Assembly: GCA_951406725.2 (NCBI GenBank) | Contig: OX597814.1 | Span: 24,862,001-24,926,000, forward strand | From: Octopus vulgaris | Lineage: Eukaryota | DNA: 64,000 nucleotides | Reading direction: 5' to 3' | Shown here: positions 61,571 through 64,000 of the stretch, in pieces | Layout of the letters: every line of letters begins with the position of its first letter | Numbering within the stretch: position 1 is the first letter of the stretch | Position numbers and translations under genes: made by a program | The notes under the pieces: generated by a model | The model's input: the letters and a program-made list of their open reading frames with translations, nothing else | Database searches by the model: none | Told to the model about the DNA's origin: nothing

Positions 61571-62391
61571 CAAGGTCTAGAATCGAAGGGTTAACCTAGC
61601 AAAAACTAAAATTTTAGTAAGTAGGAAGGCTGTCAAATCACAACCCTTTTCAGGAAGATGACCCTGCTCGATCTGTGGAAAAGGCGTGGGTGGAAACTCC
61701 ATATGATGTACCCAGTGTAAGCTATGGACACATTAAAGGTGTAGCAATATCAAAGGAAGGTAACTGGGAAAATAGTTTTTGTGCATGGCAGATGCACTGG
61801 AGCAATAAACACTGAATATTTTTGTGTATGGCAGATGCTCAGAAAACAGATTCCATCACATGCTATGGGGAGAAACTAGAAGTAGTTAATAGCTTTTGCT
61901 ACCTAGGTGACCAAGTCTGTAGTGGTGGTGGTTGCTCTGAGAGTGTAGTGACTAGTGTAAGAATAGCCTGGGCCAAGTTCAGGGAACTCCTTCCTCTGCT
62001 GACAACTAACGGCCTCTTACTCAGAGTTAAAGGTAGACTGTATGATGCATGAGTGCAAACTGCCATGCTACATGGCAGTGAAACACAAGCCATGAAAGAA
62101 ATGAAGCTAGTATGATCCGCTACATGTGTAATGTTAGTGTGCATACATTACAGAGTGTAAACGCCCTGAGAAGAAAAGTTGGGTATAGGAAGCATGAAAT
62201 GTGGTGTGCAAGGCAGGTGACTGCACTGGTATGACCATGTGTTATGTATGAATGAAAACAGCTGTAGAAACATTACCAGATCAGATTGGAGCCTGGTGCA
62301 GCCACTGGCTCTCTAAACCTCAGTCAAAACGTCCAACACATGCCTGCATGGAAAATGGACGTTAAACGATGAGATGATGATAATGATGATA
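61571..62391 (+). mobile_element. Older, truncated and internally deleted copy of the RTE family
   Basis: Homologous to ~9450-10160 (PHD-like region, GEKLEVV.SF.YLGDQV..GGGC.ESV..RIAWAKFRELLPLL) with stops and frameshifts, then the terminal 3'UTR and (GAT)n. Confidence 0.9.
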
Positions 62392-62734
62392 TATATACGT
62401 GATGATGATATATATACATGATGATAATGATGATATATATATATGTGTGCTTGTGTGTGTGTGTGTACATGTATATTTATTAATTTTCAGTTTCTTACCT
62501 TCATGTCTTAATCAGAGAAGAAACGGCTGCATCCATGACCTTTCTCAAGGCCTTCATGCCTAGTGAATAAAGGAGAGGAATTTCTTTTGCAAGCAAAGAT
62601 AAGATCTGATACTTGTGACTGAGTGGACTCTGCTAAATATATATATGTCTAAAAAGGTGGTATTCAAATTGTCAATGGATTTCTAGGAGAGAACATGCTG
62701 TTTGGAAATATTTGAGAGCTATTACCACTACGAA

Positions 62735-63110
62735 AAAGGGTTTGTAAGGGAAATAACTATATAAGCATTTTTAGAGATGTAAAGTATAATAGCCATCTCA
62801 ATATGGCTAACCACAAAGGGGGTGGTGTTACTGTAGCTTTTTACGTTCTGAGATTTAATAATAAATTTTTAGATTGTTACTTCCCTTATATATATGCCAA
62901 AAAGGCATTAAAAATGGGAAAAATTGATGGTAAATTTTTTTTAAATCGTAGACTCATCGTAGACATGCGCTAATACCCAGAAGGGCTCGATATGAATCAC
63001 GACTATAAGATACCCGGTTTTGGTTAAACTGCACTGCAAAATGTGGGAGTAGTTAGGAATCTAAATCGTAGGAGACAGACAGCACACAACCTCTCTTTTA
63101 TATATAAAGA
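62735..63110 (-). mobile_element. Helitron-like 5' segment
   Basis: Minus strand begins A|TCTTTATATATAAAAGAGAG, the typical Helitron 5' TC terminus, followed by TGTCTGTCT. No 3' hairpin-CTAG found; the left boundary is approximate. Confidence 0.55.
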
Positions 63111-64000
63111 TATATCTTGGGTCTCTGTCATTGCACTATACCCTAAGTCACATAGCCTTGTGTCATCAGCTTCTCATCTCTATCACTTTGTCTCGCATAT
63201 TTCTACCTAACTCAGATGACGGAATGCTCCTACTACCCATTCTCCTATCATCCTGCAGTGATAAAAGGTATATCACATATCCCTCTCATCACTACATTAT
63301 TATTATTCATGCTTCTTTTCTTTCATGATATTTCTTGCTTCAATAATCCACAGAATAGAAAGCCAAATTGAAATCTTTATAGCAACTTATATCTGAAGTT
63401 AAATATATAACAAAAGGGCTTCGTATATGGTATCCATTTTGTATTTGTTTTGTCAGGCAAATTTTAGCAAGCTGAGTTAAGTGTATTGCTAAGGGATTCA
63501 GCACAGTAGCTGCAGTATGATCGGAATGATAACCATGTAGTTAGTGATTCTAAACTTACATACTGTATTCATGTATAAATATCATAAAATATTCTGTTGT
63601 GTCTGGGGAGAGTCATTTTCTTTTTGTGCCTTATAATGTAACACATTCACTGGTAAAATTTCCACTTATTTCTTATTTTTATTTTCCTAAAATTTTCGTT
63701 GCATCTTGCAACTTTTCAATAGTCTTGAACAGTAAAGAGCAGAGACATGAATGTTTACATAAGATTCATACTTTAATTGTTTATAACAGCTATTTTAATG
63801 GAAATAAAAAATACGCATTTACATAATTATATAAGCAACATACATAGTCAATTAATTTAAATGTTATTGGTTACACATCTCATCAGGAGGGAAAGATTAA
63901 AAATGAAAATACTGTTACAGATTTTCACATATTATAATTATACATACATGCATACATACACGCATATACATATACATTAATATATTTGTATATATGTGTG

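Overview
This is an AT-rich, repeat-saturated animal genomic window. The repeat repertoire (tRNA-derived SINEs with internal microsatellites, an RTE LINE with a (GAT)n tail, dense (TA)n/(TACA)n tracts) resembles Octopus-type coleoid DNA; that assignment is inference. I recognise no intact host protein-coding gene. The only substantial coding sequence is a 5'-truncated, frameshifted RTE-clade LINE at 7387-10933 (+). It encodes an APE endonuclease and an RT with YADD, with a C4HC3 PHD-like finger inserted inside the RT. Several shorter copies and 3' tails of the same family occur on both strands. The rest comprises four SINE types, relics of two other RTE lineages, a Tc1 fragment, Tc2-like and TTAA (piggyBac-like) MITEs, a tandem Helentron-type pair, a Helitron 5' end, two candidate solo LTRs and many microsatellites. 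The most interesting signal is a set of short, sequence-unrelated, mostly (TA)n-embedded elements carrying minimal type I hammerhead-ribozyme-like motifs (Penelope pLTR/retrozyme-like). One motif (11914-11973) forms part of one arm of a gapless 120-bp-arm hairpin, and the antisense arm is mutated at the positions corresponding to GAAA and the cleavage triplet. All alignments were done by eye, so boundaries of degraded elements are approximate.
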